This document shows positions 1-10,719 of a stretch of 64,000 nt of DNA, one piece after another (positions within the stretch are counted from its first letter, which is position 1; each line of letters starts with the position of its first letter). A model generated the notes under the pieces. It ran no database searches and was not told the DNA's origin. It saw nothing but the letters and a program-made list of their open reading frames with translations. A program made the translations under genes and the position numbers. The stretch is from assembly GCA_964538615.1 (NCBI GenBank), contig CAZIGK010000007.1, positions 29,422 through 93,421 on the forward strand, in the 5' to 3' direction. This DNA is from an uncultured Rickettsiales bacterium. Its GTDB lineage: Bacteria > Pseudomonadota > Alphaproteobacteria > Rickettsiales > RI-342.

Positions 1-486
1 TACGACGCATCCATCCGACCCGATGAGTTTATCTCCATCGGCTTTGAGGGCATCGGGGTCACCATAATAATCCGTGGCGACACGGTCTTTCAGTTGCCGT
101 TGGTCATGGCTATAGCCATAGAGCCAGAGGCTGGGGTGGCTGTAGGATAGTGCGGCCATAAAGCCCAGCTCAAAAGCGGTGCCGACATCGGCTGACGGGC
201 CGTGAAACGGACAGAGGTTGGCCAGAATCACCCCGATGTGACGGGGATCGGCACAATGGCGCATCATGTCTTCATTGGCGCGGCCAATCGCTTGGGCAAT
301 CGCTTCCGGTGTGGGGTGTTGTTCAAAGGCGATTTCATTATCAAAAGGGAAATGCGGGATAAAACCATGCGCACGCACCGCCTGTTTTTTAGTTTCCCCA
401 ATGGCGATGGCATTGGGAAAAAACACATCCGGCCCGGCAAGATAGATATGTACAGCGGCACTGGGGGTATGGGGATGGGGGGTCAT
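1..486 (-). CDS. nucleoside 2-deoxyribosyltransferase family protein (N-terminal part; gene continues past the window edge)
   Basis: Not in the ORF track because it runs off the window. Manual translation from the ATG at 486-484 gives MTPHPHTPSAAVHIYLAGPDVFFPNAIAIGETKKQAVRAHGFIPHFPFDNE...ILANLCPFHGPSADVGTAFELGFMAAL. The IYLAGPDVF start and the D-x-GTAFE-x-G segment fit this family as I remember it. The start overlaps the upstream gene's stop (ATGA, 483-486). Confidence 0.6.
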   Translation of the reverse strand, partial: MTPHPHTPSAAVHIYLAGPDVFFPNAIAIGETKKQAVRAHGFIPHFPFDNEIAFEQHPTPEAIAQAIGRANEDMMRHCADPRHIGVILANLCPFHGPSADVGTAFELGFMAALSYSHPSLWLYGYSHDQRQLKDRVATDYYGDPDALKADGDKLIGSDGCVV

Positions 487-1637
487 GTCTCTGCCTCGAC
501 CTTGGCGCGTATATTCAGGTAGGTATGTTCTGCAACCTTGCCGTAGGCAATGGATGTGCGGCGGAACTGACGAAAACTTTCCACAATACGCTGGCTGATA
601 CGATCGCTATGACCAATATCGCTTACCACCTGCTCGGAGAGGCGAAGGAATTGCTCCATGATATCCTGCGGGAAAGTGCGGATATCCACTTTCAACTCAT
701 CGCGCAATTTGGCATAGGCACGGATGTTGTTGGCGTAATATTGCGCCTGCATCAGTTGGTTTTCCGTGGCGCAGGCGGTTTTGATGGCCAGTTGCAGCGA
801 GGTTGGCAGCCCCAGGAAAGCCTTGCGATTAAGGATGCATTCCAATGTTGCCCCCGCCTCATGCAGTCCGGGACCATAGTAATAGGGGGCGACACGATGA
901 AAACCCAACGCCAGATCATTCCATGGGCCAATCCATTCCAGTGCATCAATGACGCCGGATTGCATGGCGGTGTACAACTCTTGTGAGGGAATATTCTGCG
1001 GGGTTGCGCCCAGATGCGACATGACCTCCCCGGCCAGACCGGGAATGCGCATTTTCAGACCTTTCAGGTCCTTCACGTCATGCAGTTCCCGCTTAAACCA
1101 CCCGCCCATTTGCGAGCCCGTGTTCCCCGCTGGGTAGGCAATGACCCCAAAGGGTTCGTACAGTTCGTGCCAGAGGTTCAGGCCGCCGGAAAAATAAATC
1201 CATGCATCCTGCTCGTAGGCGTTCAGCCCCCCCGGTACGGCGCAAAAAAACGCGGCGGCTCGCGCTTTGGATGTCCAGTAATAAGAGGCGGTGTGTCCCA
1301 GTTCTGCCGTACCCTGACTGACCGCATCAAACACCCCCAAAGGAGGTACCAATTCACCACCGCCGTAGGTTTTGACCTCAATCAGGCCGTCCGTCAGGGC
1401 GTGAATGCGATTGGCCAACCGGGTTGCCCCTGTGCCCACGCCGGGCAGATTTTTTTGCCATGTCAGCACCATACGCCATTGCCGGATGCCTTTATGAATG
1501 GCCGGAGCCGCCAGTGCAGGCGAAGGAGAGGTTCCGGTCACGACACCGGCGGCTGTAGTTGCACCAACCGCCAGCCCCAGAGCGGTTTTTTTCAGTACAT
1601 TGCGACGCGCAAGAGAGAATGGTTCATCTTTGGCCAT
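483..1637 (-). CDS. TRAP-type (DctP family, COG4663-like) periplasmic solute-binding protein with Tat signal
   Basis: 384-aa ORF. The N-terminus has a twin-arginine motif (SLARRNVLKKTALGLAVGATTAAG). The body has family-typical segments: YYWTSK, GGWFKRELHDVKDLKGLKMRIPGLAGEV, IDALEWIGPWND, APYYYGPGLHE. Confidence 0.85.
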   Translation of the reverse strand: MAKDEPFSLARRNVLKKTALGLAVGATTAAGVVTGTSPSPALAAPAIHKGIRQWRMVLTWQKNLPGVGTGATRLANRIHALTDGLIEVKTYGGGELVPPLGVFDAVSQGTAELGHTASYYWTSKARAAAFFCAVPGGLNAYEQDAWIYFSGGLNLWHELYEPFGVIAYPAGNTGSQMGGWFKRELHDVKDLKGLKMRIPGLAGEVMSHLGATPQNIPSQELYTAMQSGVIDALEWIGPWNDLALGFHRVAPYYYGPGLHEAGATLECILNRKAFLGLPTSLQLAIKTACATENQLMQAQYYANNIRAYAKLRDELKVDIRTFPQDIMEQFLRLSEQVVSDIGHSDRISQRIVESFRQFRRTSIAYGKVAEHTYLNIRAKVEAET

Positions 1638-3519
1638 AGGTTATCCAGCTATAGAGTGTGTAGGTTATCCAGCAAATAAGGGAAAGCGGCAGACCTGTGA
1701 CCAGATAATCCCGGAAGCGGTACTGCCCCGGTGTCATGATTAGCAGGTTGGTCTGATAGCCAATGGGGGTGGCAAAGGCGGTGTTGCCTGCAAAAATAAC
1801 CGCAAAAACAAACATTTCTGGCGGTGTGTGGAGCTGACGGGCAATTTCCAGCGCGATGGGGGTAAATAAGAGGGCTGCGGCTTTGTTGCTTAGAATATTG
1901 GTGAATAACGCAATAATGCCATAAAATGCCGACATCACCCATACGGCATCGGCTCCCTTTAGCAGAGTTATCAGGCTGGAGGCTATCAGGTTGGCGCCGC
2001 CTGTACTTTCCAGAGTACTGCTCATGGCAATGGCGGCAGCCACCAGAAAGATAATGTGGGAGTCTAAAGTTTTGAGTGCCTGATGCACATTCAGGCAGCC
2101 GCATAGGACACAGAGAGCCGCGCCCAGTACAGAGGACAGATAAATGGGCAGAATATCCAGCGCGGTTAAGCCCACAATGGCGGTGAAAATGGCGATGGCA
2201 CGGTTGGCGTATTTGCTGGAGGCCATGCGTTCCGTTGCCCATTCCATCAGCATGACATCGTGGTTGGTGCGCAGCGCCATCACATCTTCCTGCGTGCCCA
2301 TGACCAGCAGCACATCCCCCGCTTGCAGGGGGATATCTGTCATGCGGGCGCGAACCATTTTATGTTGCCGCAACATCCCCACAGTGACGCAATGATAGCG
2401 GAAGCGAAAGCCAATCTGTTGCAGGGTGTTGCCAACCAGACGCGAGACGGGCGGGATGACCACTTCTGCAAAAGTGAGTCCTTTGATGGGGATGGTTTTG
2501 CCTTTGTTGCTGGCGTCTTCATCCTGCATTTCCGGAAAAGTATGCAAAAGCATGGCTGGGTGCAGCGTCAGCAATTCGCTTAACGATGCCCGCGTGGTGG
2601 CAATGACCAGACGATCCCCTGCGGCAAAAGCCACTTCATTATCGTAGGGAGGGAGGTAGGCTTCTTCTCCACGCTGGATGACCCGGATACGCATGCCTTT
2701 AATATCTGCCAGTGAATCACCGCAGACGGTCTGGCCAATGAGCGACGATTGTTCCGGAATGGTGAGCTGTGTAATAAACACACGCTCTACTTCTTCCTCG
2801 TCCTGTTGTCCGGATTTGCGGAGCATGCGGGGAACGACCAGTAATACATACAATAATCCTGCGGCTAGCAGGCACAAACCCGGCAGGCTGAAACTGAAGA
2901 AGCTGAGTTTATAATCCGGTTGACTGGCTTCCAGCAAGGCACCGGAGACTAGCAGGTTGGTGCCGCTCCCTACCAAGGTGGTCATGCCTCCTAAAATGCC
3001 GAGAAAGGACAGTGGCATCAGCCATTGTTTCGCCTGAAAATGGTAACGTTTGGCCAGAGTCAGTAAAATGGGGATGAACATGACGATGACCGGCGTATTG
3101 TTCAGGAAGGCGCTTAGCAATGGTACCGTCAGCAGGCAGGCAAGCAACGCCAGCCAGCCACGATCACCGGAGGCGCGGATAATAATACTTGCCAGCCGTT
3201 GCAGCGCGCCGGTGGAAACCAATGCCTGCCCGCAGACCATGAGGCATAAAATGGCAATCAGCATGGGATTGGCGAAGCCAGAGAGCAGGGTTTTTACTTC
3301 CGGCACGGCTTGTCGGGTGGCTGGCAGCAAGGAAAAGCCTTTGGCATGCAGCATGAGTGCCAGAATGATGATAATACCGCTCAGTTCCAGAGGAAGTTTT
3401 TCCGTGGCGAACAGATAGATAGCCAGCGCAATGATAGCAAAAGCGGTCAGTAGCGGCGCGTAAGTCAGCAGCAGTTCCACGTGGTCAGTCTCTCCCCCGG
3501 GCAGCACTGTGGCGGTCAC
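1624..3519 (-). CDS. SLC13/DASS-superfamily permease with two central TrkA-C (RCK_C) domains
   Basis: 631-aa polytopic membrane ORF. A soluble insert of roughly 200 aa in the middle holds two copies of the TrkA-C-like pattern (IPEQSSLIGQTV...MRIRVIQRGEE...AGDRLVI and IPPVSRLVGNTLQQIG...CVTVGMLRQHK...AGDVLLVMG). Its 3' end overlaps the SBP gene start by 14 nt. Confidence 0.8.
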   Translation of the reverse strand: MTATVLPGGETDHVELLLTYAPLLTAFAIIALAIYLFATEKLPLELSGIIIILALMLHAKGFSLLPATRQAVPEVKTLLSGFANPMLIAILCLMVCGQALVSTGALQRLASIIIRASGDRGWLALLACLLTVPLLSAFLNNTPVIVMFIPILLTLAKRYHFQAKQWLMPLSFLGILGGMTTLVGSGTNLLVSGALLEASQPDYKLSFFSFSLPGLCLLAAGLLYVLLVVPRMLRKSGQQDEEEVERVFITQLTIPEQSSLIGQTVCGDSLADIKGMRIRVIQRGEEAYLPPYDNEVAFAAGDRLVIATTRASLSELLTLHPAMLLHTFPEMQDEDASNKGKTIPIKGLTFAEVVIPPVSRLVGNTLQQIGFRFRYHCVTVGMLRQHKMVRARMTDIPLQAGDVLLVMGTQEDVMALRTNHDVMLMEWATERMASSKYANRAIAIFTAIVGLTALDILPIYLSSVLGAALCVLCGCLNVHQALKTLDSHIIFLVAAAIAMSSTLESTGGANLIASSLITLLKGADAVWVMSAFYGIIALFTNILSNKAAALLFTPIALEIARQLHTPPEMFVFAVIFAGNTAFATPIGYQTNLLIMTPGQYRFRDYLVTGLPLSLICWITYTLYSWITYGQR

Positions 3520-3609
3520 AGCAATGCACTATAGGTACTGACCAGACCGCATCTGTCAACAGAAACAGGTCACAGGATGTCAGGGCACAGGCAGATGGCG
3601 AATATTTGC

Positions 3610-4371
3610 TCAGGCGTTGGCATCGGAAGGTTTGAAATTGCCTTTTTTGGCGCGTCCCAGAGCCACCTGCGAGGCGAATTTACCCGGTGCGTCAATATTC
3701 GGCGCATTGCCAGCAGGTAGCTGGCTGGCTGGCAGGGGAATCTGTTCTTTCACAAAAGTGTTTTTCTGAATATCCAAGTAGAAGCCACCACCGTCTGCAA
3801 TTTTGACTTCCAGTACATATTTCTGGATGGGTTTTTGCGCTTTATCTGCCCGTTCAAACACCATGACATAGGCTTTGCCGCTGCAAGGAATGGTGGTTTC
3901 CGGATATTCTTCGTGCAGGGTTTGAATATCTGCCTGCGCTTCTTCTACGCTGGCATAGCACTTGCCTTTTTTGATTTCACGCAGAATGGGATGCGCCCAG
4001 TTGGGGTGTTTGCTGGGCAGGCGGCGCTTTTGCGGGTGAAACTTGCGTTCTGATTCCAGCTTGGTGGCGGTAATGGTGTATTTTCCATCCGCCAGTTGGA
4101 CGTGGGTGAGCAGGGCATAATTGCCGACCAGACCGTCTTTTTCTTCCTGTTTGGTGACGTTGTAGCCGCGTATCCATAGAATAAGGGACGGATGATCCTG
4201 ATTGGGAGCCTGGTGTTTGGAGAGGATGAAATGCTCTTTCAGGGCTTCCAGTTGCTTTAGGGCGGTGGCTTCATCCGGAAAGCGGTATAGCCCCTGCAAG
4301 GCGGCTTCAATGCTGGGGTTTTTAACGGATGCATAGTGCTTTTCAGCAGGCTGTGGCGTCTGGTCAGTCAT
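3610..4371 (-). CDS. hypothetical protein
   Basis: 253-aa ORF with no competing ORF of similar length and no signal peptide or TM segment. I recognise no family. It is divergent from the ANL-family gene. Confidence 0.55.
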   Translation of the reverse strand: MTDQTPQPAEKHYASVKNPSIEAALQGLYRFPDEATALKQLEALKEHFILSKHQAPNQDHPSLILWIRGYNVTKQEEKDGLVGNYALLTHVQLADGKYTITATKLESERKFHPQKRRLPSKHPNWAHPILREIKKGKCYASVEEAQADIQTLHEEYPETTIPCSGKAYVMVFERADKAQKPIQKYVLEVKIADGGGFYLDIQKNTFVKEQIPLPASQLPAGNAPNIDAPGKFASQVALGRAKKGNFKPSDANA

Positions 4372-4559
4372 GATACCTGTATCCTCAAGTGTTTTTCGAG
4401 GTGAAAAAGGTCGCAGGAGTTGCCTCCACGAAGAAATAATCTCTGTTCACAGTACGTAGAAAGGGTTAAGGATATACTTATGGTTCTGGCTCCATTCAGA
4501 CGAATGGTCGTGATGCCCGCCAGACTTTTGGTTCTATACAAAAAACGGTTTTTCGTATC

Positions 4560-6242
4560 ATGCTGACCTATAAGCACACCCGTATTCTGGAAGAAGAGCA
4601 TCCATTGATTGGTTCATCCAATCATCGACCTTTGACGCCACTGGAGTATTTGCCATGGGTGGCCACCGTCTATCCACATGCGATGGCATGGAAATATGGC
4701 GAAGAGACGGAAACCTATGCACGCTTCTATGAGCGTTGCTGCAAATTGGCGGGTGCTTTGCAGGTACATGGATTGAAGCGTGGCGATGTGGTGGCCGTGT
4801 TATCCCCCAATACGCCCATGCTGCTGGAAACACATTTTGGTGTGCCGATGGGAGGGCAGGTTATCTGTCCGATCAGTCCAATGCGCGATGCCGCAGGAGT
4901 TGCCTATATTCTGGAACATTGTGAAGCAAAGCTGGTGATAGTGGATAGCGGGTGTCGGGAACTGGCGCAGGAGGCGCTCGCACTGCTGGCGAGGCGGCCA
5001 GAAGTGATGGAGGCCGATGATACTGCGGTGAAAACCAAAGGCAAGCCTCTGAGTAAGCTGGATTACCATCGGTTTGTAGAGCAGGGTTCCGCCAATTATG
5101 AGTGGCCGGGGCCGCGCGATGAGTGGGAGACCCTGACCATCAGTTACACGTTGGGGACGGGAGGGACTCCTAAGGGGGTGTTGTTGCACCATCGGGGGGC
5201 GTATCTGGATGCGACAGGCAGTATTATCACCAACGGTCTGAATCATGAGTCTGTGTACCTATGGACGTTGCCCATGTGTCGTGCCAGTGGGTGGGGATAT
5301 ATCTGGGCGGTGACCGCAGTCGGGGCAACGCATGTGTTGACACGCGAGCATCAATTGCCTGCGGAGGATGTGTTTCGGTTAATCCGGCGGCATGAAGTGA
5401 CACATTTAAGCGGTAAGGCGGGCTTTCTGGACAGGCTGGCAGAAGGGGTGAAGGGGCAGGATGTGTTGCCGCATTCGGTGCATCTGGATGTGGTGCAGCA
5501 AAAAACCCGTCCTGAAGGGCTGCATTGTCTTGAGGCACTGGGGTTTAATATCAGTGTCTTATATGGCATGATGGAAACATTTGGGCCGGCGGCTATTTGC
5601 CACTGGCGGCACGGTGATAGTCTCATTGGTTCGGAGGAAAGCGATTCGGTGCCGCAGGGTATGCTGGCGCATCCGGGGGCGCATTTTCCCACTCTGGATC
5701 GGATTATTGTGGCGGATCCGGAAACGCTGAAACCGTTACCCGCAGATGGAAAATCCATTGGGGAAATTATGCTGCGTGGAAACACGATTTTCAAAGGTTA
5801 CCACAAAGCGCCAGAAGCAACGGAGAAGGTTTTGCGCGGTGGCTGGTTTTTGACCGGCGATCTGGGAGTGATTCATCCGGATGGGCACGTGGAGATTTTG
5901 CAGCGGGAGTGTGATGCGTTGCATGATACCGCGCATCATGTCTTAAATGTAACCGCAGCGGCGGAAGAAACGCTGGGTGCGCACCCCGCCGTTCAGGAAG
6001 TGGCGATTGTGGAGCATCATGGCACCACCATTGACAGCGCGGAAATCACGGAGCCGGTAGCCTTTATTGTTTTGCACGAAGATGCGGACTCCGGTGCGGT
6101 GACCGAGGATGACCTGCTGGATTATTGCCAGCGGTTGTTGCCGGAAGATGTATGCCCGGTACGCATTGAGATACGAGAAGAATTACCTCATAACGAAGAT
6201 GGGGATATTTTGCGTTATCGGTTGCGGGATGAATGTGCGTAA
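4560..6242 (+). CDS. ANL-superfamily (acyl-CoA synthetase-like, AMP-binding) protein with degenerate catalytic motifs
   Basis: 560 aa, collinear with medium-chain acyl-CoA synthetases (NHRPLTPLEYL..., VAVLSPNTPMLLETHFGVPMGG, YLWTLPM, GEIMLRGNTIFKGYHK, GGWFLTGDLGV.HPDG). The core motifs are altered (see findings). Confidence 0.8.
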   Translation: MLTYKHTRILEEEHPLIGSSNHRPLTPLEYLPWVATVYPHAMAWKYGEETETYARFYERCCKLAGALQVHGLKRGDVVAVLSPNTPMLLETHFGVPMGGQVICPISPMRDAAGVAYILEHCEAKLVIVDSGCRELAQEALALLARRPEVMEADDTAVKTKGKPLSKLDYHRFVEQGSANYEWPGPRDEWETLTISYTLGTGGTPKGVLLHHRGAYLDATGSIITNGLNHESVYLWTLPMCRASGWGYIWAVTAVGATHVLTREHQLPAEDVFRLIRRHEVTHLSGKAGFLDRLAEGVKGQDVLPHSVHLDVVQQKTRPEGLHCLEALGFNISVLYGMMETFGPAAICHWRHGDSLIGSEESDSVPQGMLAHPGAHFPTLDRIIVADPETLKPLPADGKSIGEIMLRGNTIFKGYHKAPEATEKVLRGGWFLTGDLGVIHPDGHVEILQRECDALHDTAHHVLNVTAAAEETLGAHPAVQEVAIVEHHGTTIDSAEITEPVAFIVLHEDADSGAVTEDDLLDYCQRLLPEDVCPVRIEIREELPHNEDGDILRYRLRDECA

Positions 6243-6282
6243 GCCTTAGGGCTTGCCCTGTTAGCAGAGAAAATATGGCTGT

Positions 6283-6633
6283 GTGGTTGCCAAAGTTGTT
6301 TCAGCTTGCTACAGGTTTGAAAAGGTTGATGGCACTTTAGAGACGGGTGCCGACATTTTTGGGATGAATACAGGAAGCGCCATGCAGGATTACGAACCGA
6401 CCGATATTGAACAAACCATCATTGCTGTTCTACACCAACGCAAGGCCAACGATGCTGTGCGTGCCTTGCCGCCCAAAACGCTCATGGCGCTGTGTGCGGC
6501 GCAAGGCCATGAGGATAGTGCGCGGGTTGAAATGGCGGTCATGAATTTGATTGATCATGATGTCATTGAGTATGATATGGATGCAGATAACCGCGTATCG
6601 GGGGTGTGGCTGCTGGATGCGGAAGAACTCTAG
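6283..6633 (+). CDS. hypothetical small acidic protein
   Basis: The ORF opens at GTG 6283; internal ATGs at 6364 and 6382 are alternative starts. It stops 8 nt before the ankyrin gene start, so it is probably co-transcribed. No family recognised. Confidence 0.45.
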   Translation: MVAKVVSACYRFEKVDGTLETGADIFGMNTGSAMQDYEPTDIEQTIIAVLHQRKANDAVRALPPKTLMALCAAQGHEDSARVEMAVMNLIDHDVIEYDMDADNRVSGVWLLDAEEL

Positions 6634-6640
6634 TTTTCTT

Positions 6641-7615
6641 ATGTTCCACGGTGTATTGCTGCTGGCGGTTGGATTAGCCATGGGCGTCGGGGCAGGGGGG
6701 GCGTTGCATGCTGCGGATGACCGTATTGAAAAGCCTTTCTACAGGGTTAACGCAGTAGAAGAGCGTCACTCAGCGGATGTAGAGGATGGCGGAGTCAGCC
6801 GTTTTATGCAGTCTTTCGCCGCATGTTGGCGGGAAGGGGAGAGTCTGGCCATCCGGTTGGATGCGGGGCTTGCGACGCAGGGTAAAGGTGTGCATGTAAC
6901 CCAAAACCTGTCGCTGACCGAAGCATTGGTGTTGCAGGAAGATGAGGGGCAAGCGCATTACCGTTTGCGGGAATGGTTACCGGATGGTGCAAAGATGGAG
7001 TTTATTCGCTTTGTTCGGGATGAAAAAGAGGGTTTAAGCGAGTTAAAATACCCCTTTACCCTATCGTTCAGCCCGGTATTGCATCAGGCAATCTGGCAAA
7101 AAGACGAAGGCCGATTCCAACGGGAGCTTCAGCAAATAAACGATATCAACGCCGAGGATATGCGTGGACGCAGTGCGCTGAATCTGGCTGCGTATCAGGG
7201 GAATATTGCACAGGTTGAAACCCTGCTGAAGCACAAAGCGGATATTGATTGGTGGGATAAGGATGGCCGCACCCCACTCATGTTGGCCGGAGCACATCCC
7301 GCGGTTGTTCGGTTATTGCTAAAACACGGAGCCAATGCCAGCCTGCAGGATAAGCAGGGCTTCGATGCTCTGGCTTATGCGATGGTGAACCCGGCATCGG
7401 TTGCGCTGCTGCTACCCATGTTGGGAGAGGATAAACGCGAAGAAAGGCTGGCCAATGCTTTTGTCTGGGGAATGGTCAAGGGCAAGCCGAAGGCGTTGCG
7501 TATGTTATTGGCAGAGGGAGGATTGTCTCCTGCCGCTAAGCACCATGGCAAAAGCCTGAAAGAGTGGGCTATTTATCATAAACGACCAGATGCGCTGGCG
7601 TTGCTGCGCTCGTAG
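6641..7615 (+). CDS. secreted ankyrin-repeat protein
   Basis: The track ORF is 6551-7615. The ATG at 6641 gives a classic signal peptide (MFHGVLLLAVGLAMGVGAGGALHA/ADD). The C-terminal half has ANK repeats (GRSALNLAAYQGNIAQVETLLKHKADIDWWDKDGRTPLMLAGAHPAVVRLLLKHGANASLQDKQGFDALAYA). Confidence 0.8.
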   Translation: MFHGVLLLAVGLAMGVGAGGALHAADDRIEKPFYRVNAVEERHSADVEDGGVSRFMQSFAACWREGESLAIRLDAGLATQGKGVHVTQNLSLTEALVLQEDEGQAHYRLREWLPDGAKMEFIRFVRDEKEGLSELKYPFTLSFSPVLHQAIWQKDEGRFQRELQQINDINAEDMRGRSALNLAAYQGNIAQVETLLKHKADIDWWDKDGRTPLMLAGAHPAVVRLLLKHGANASLQDKQGFDALAYAMVNPASVALLLPMLGEDKREERLANAFVWGMVKGKPKALRMLLAEGGLSPAAKHHGKSLKEWAIYHKRPDALALLRS

Positions 7616-7804
7616 CAGTGCCTATGCTGCCAGAGACAGCACAAATGCCGCTAACAAGCTTAAAAAAAGTAGTTCGGACGGTTGAATACGCTGCTTGATG
7701 CTTTTCCACATAGTTGATGCCTTTTCTAGCCATATTTTTCTTCACCTAACCATGCATTGGTTAATAGAAGGTGAGGGGTGGAGGCAAAAGAAGGAGAAAA
7801 ATAC

Positions 7805-7826
7805 AGGACTAAAATAGTCCTTTTTT
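7805..7826. terminator. intrinsic-terminator-like hairpin (AGGACTA-aaa-TAGTCCT + T6)
   Basis: Perfect 7-bp stem (7805-7811 / 7815-7821) with a 3-nt loop, followed by TTTTT on the + strand. The reverse strand also has a T-run after 3 nt. It lies between the ankyrin gene and thiC. Confidence 0.5.
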
Positions 7827-7963
7827 ACTTGCATTGCTTTACAACTCTTGCCAAATGGGTAGGCTGCACTGTAGAAACTGTTGCCAGATGCGACTCGGTT
7901 CAACCACCTGCCAGCGTAGTGCTGGCTGCAAACGGTTCATTCTGCACTGCTGGTTTGTTATGA

Positions 7964-9841
<1,878 letters not shown>

Positions 9842-9931
9842 ATAGTGTTGTCCAACGCTACGGTGGTAAGCTGCGCATGTCGGTTGGCTGTCCTGTACGT
9901 TTGCCGGAACCAGAGCTGTTCCCCATAATGT

Positions 9932-10702
9932 GTGCGTACGCATTGTACGGGTGATAGCCAGCAGTCAGGGTGTGGGATGCCTCTGGCGCAAGTGATGATG
10001 CCATTAGGCCGCAAGGAGTCACTGGGCAAAGCGATGGCTGTAAATATACCTCTACCACCACGTTTAAGTGGTGCTGTCAATGTTGCAACAAGGGTTGCGG
10101 ATACAGTACTTAAAGCGCTGGCAACCGGATATCATGATCGTTTAGAGCAGGTTTCATCGCAGGTATTGCTTGATTCCGAGGCTGTGTTGCAAAAAACACG
10201 TCCTGCGAATAGCTACCCCCTATTTCATGCTAAGCGTTTTTTATCTGCCCGGTATGATCCTGGTATGAGCATGTTATTTTCCGGGCTTGGACTGCCGGTG
10301 GAGGAGTTTCAGGATTGGCAAAATATTGCACATTTAGCGGATAGCCTGATGCAACATGCCAAACCGGAAAAAGTGCTGATGAATCTCAATGATGCGAATA
10401 TTATTCGGGATCATGGTTTTGGGCGTTCTGGCGGTGTGGAACTTATGGCGGCGAGCTTTCGCGAACTTGCGAAGTTCATGGAAGATTTTGTAGATAGAGG
10501 GTTGGTAAGTGCCGCGCAGAAACGAAGCCTGACGCGCTTTCCCACAAACGATGAACTAAGGCTTTCCGCTCAGCGGTTTAGGGACGTGGCAAACTGGGCG
10601 TTGGATCATAAAGAGGCCATGCACAATGTGCTGCATTTTTATAGTTTAGCCGCAGACACACAGATTCAAAACCGTGGCAGGCAGGATGGGCTGCGGCGAT
10701 AA
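9932..10702 (+). CDS. hypothetical protein
   Basis: 256-aa ORF; an alternative start is ATG 10034 (MAVNIPLPP...). No signal peptide, no TM segment, no family recognised. It converges on the next gene with only 17 nt between the stops. Confidence 0.5.
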   Translation: MRTHCTGDSQQSGCGMPLAQVMMPLGRKESLGKAMAVNIPLPPRLSGAVNVATRVADTVLKALATGYHDRLEQVSSQVLLDSEAVLQKTRPANSYPLFHAKRFLSARYDPGMSMLFSGLGLPVEEFQDWQNIAHLADSLMQHAKPEKVLMNLNDANIIRDHGFGRSGGVELMAASFRELAKFMEDFVDRGLVSAAQKRSLTRFPTNDELRLSAQRFRDVANWALDHKEAMHNVLHFYSLAADTQIQNRGRQDGLRR

Positions 10703-10719
10703 TGCTTCTTCAGTATGGC

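Noticed and set aside
7569-7733. 54-aa minus-strand ORF (MARKGINYVEKHQAAYSTVRTTFFKLVSGICAVSGSIGTATSAA...) with a good AGGTGA RBS 8 nt upstream.
   Set aside because: It overlaps the 3' end of the ankyrin gene by 47 nt, matches no family I recognise and has only weak hydrophobicity. I cannot support it without conservation or Ribo-seq data.
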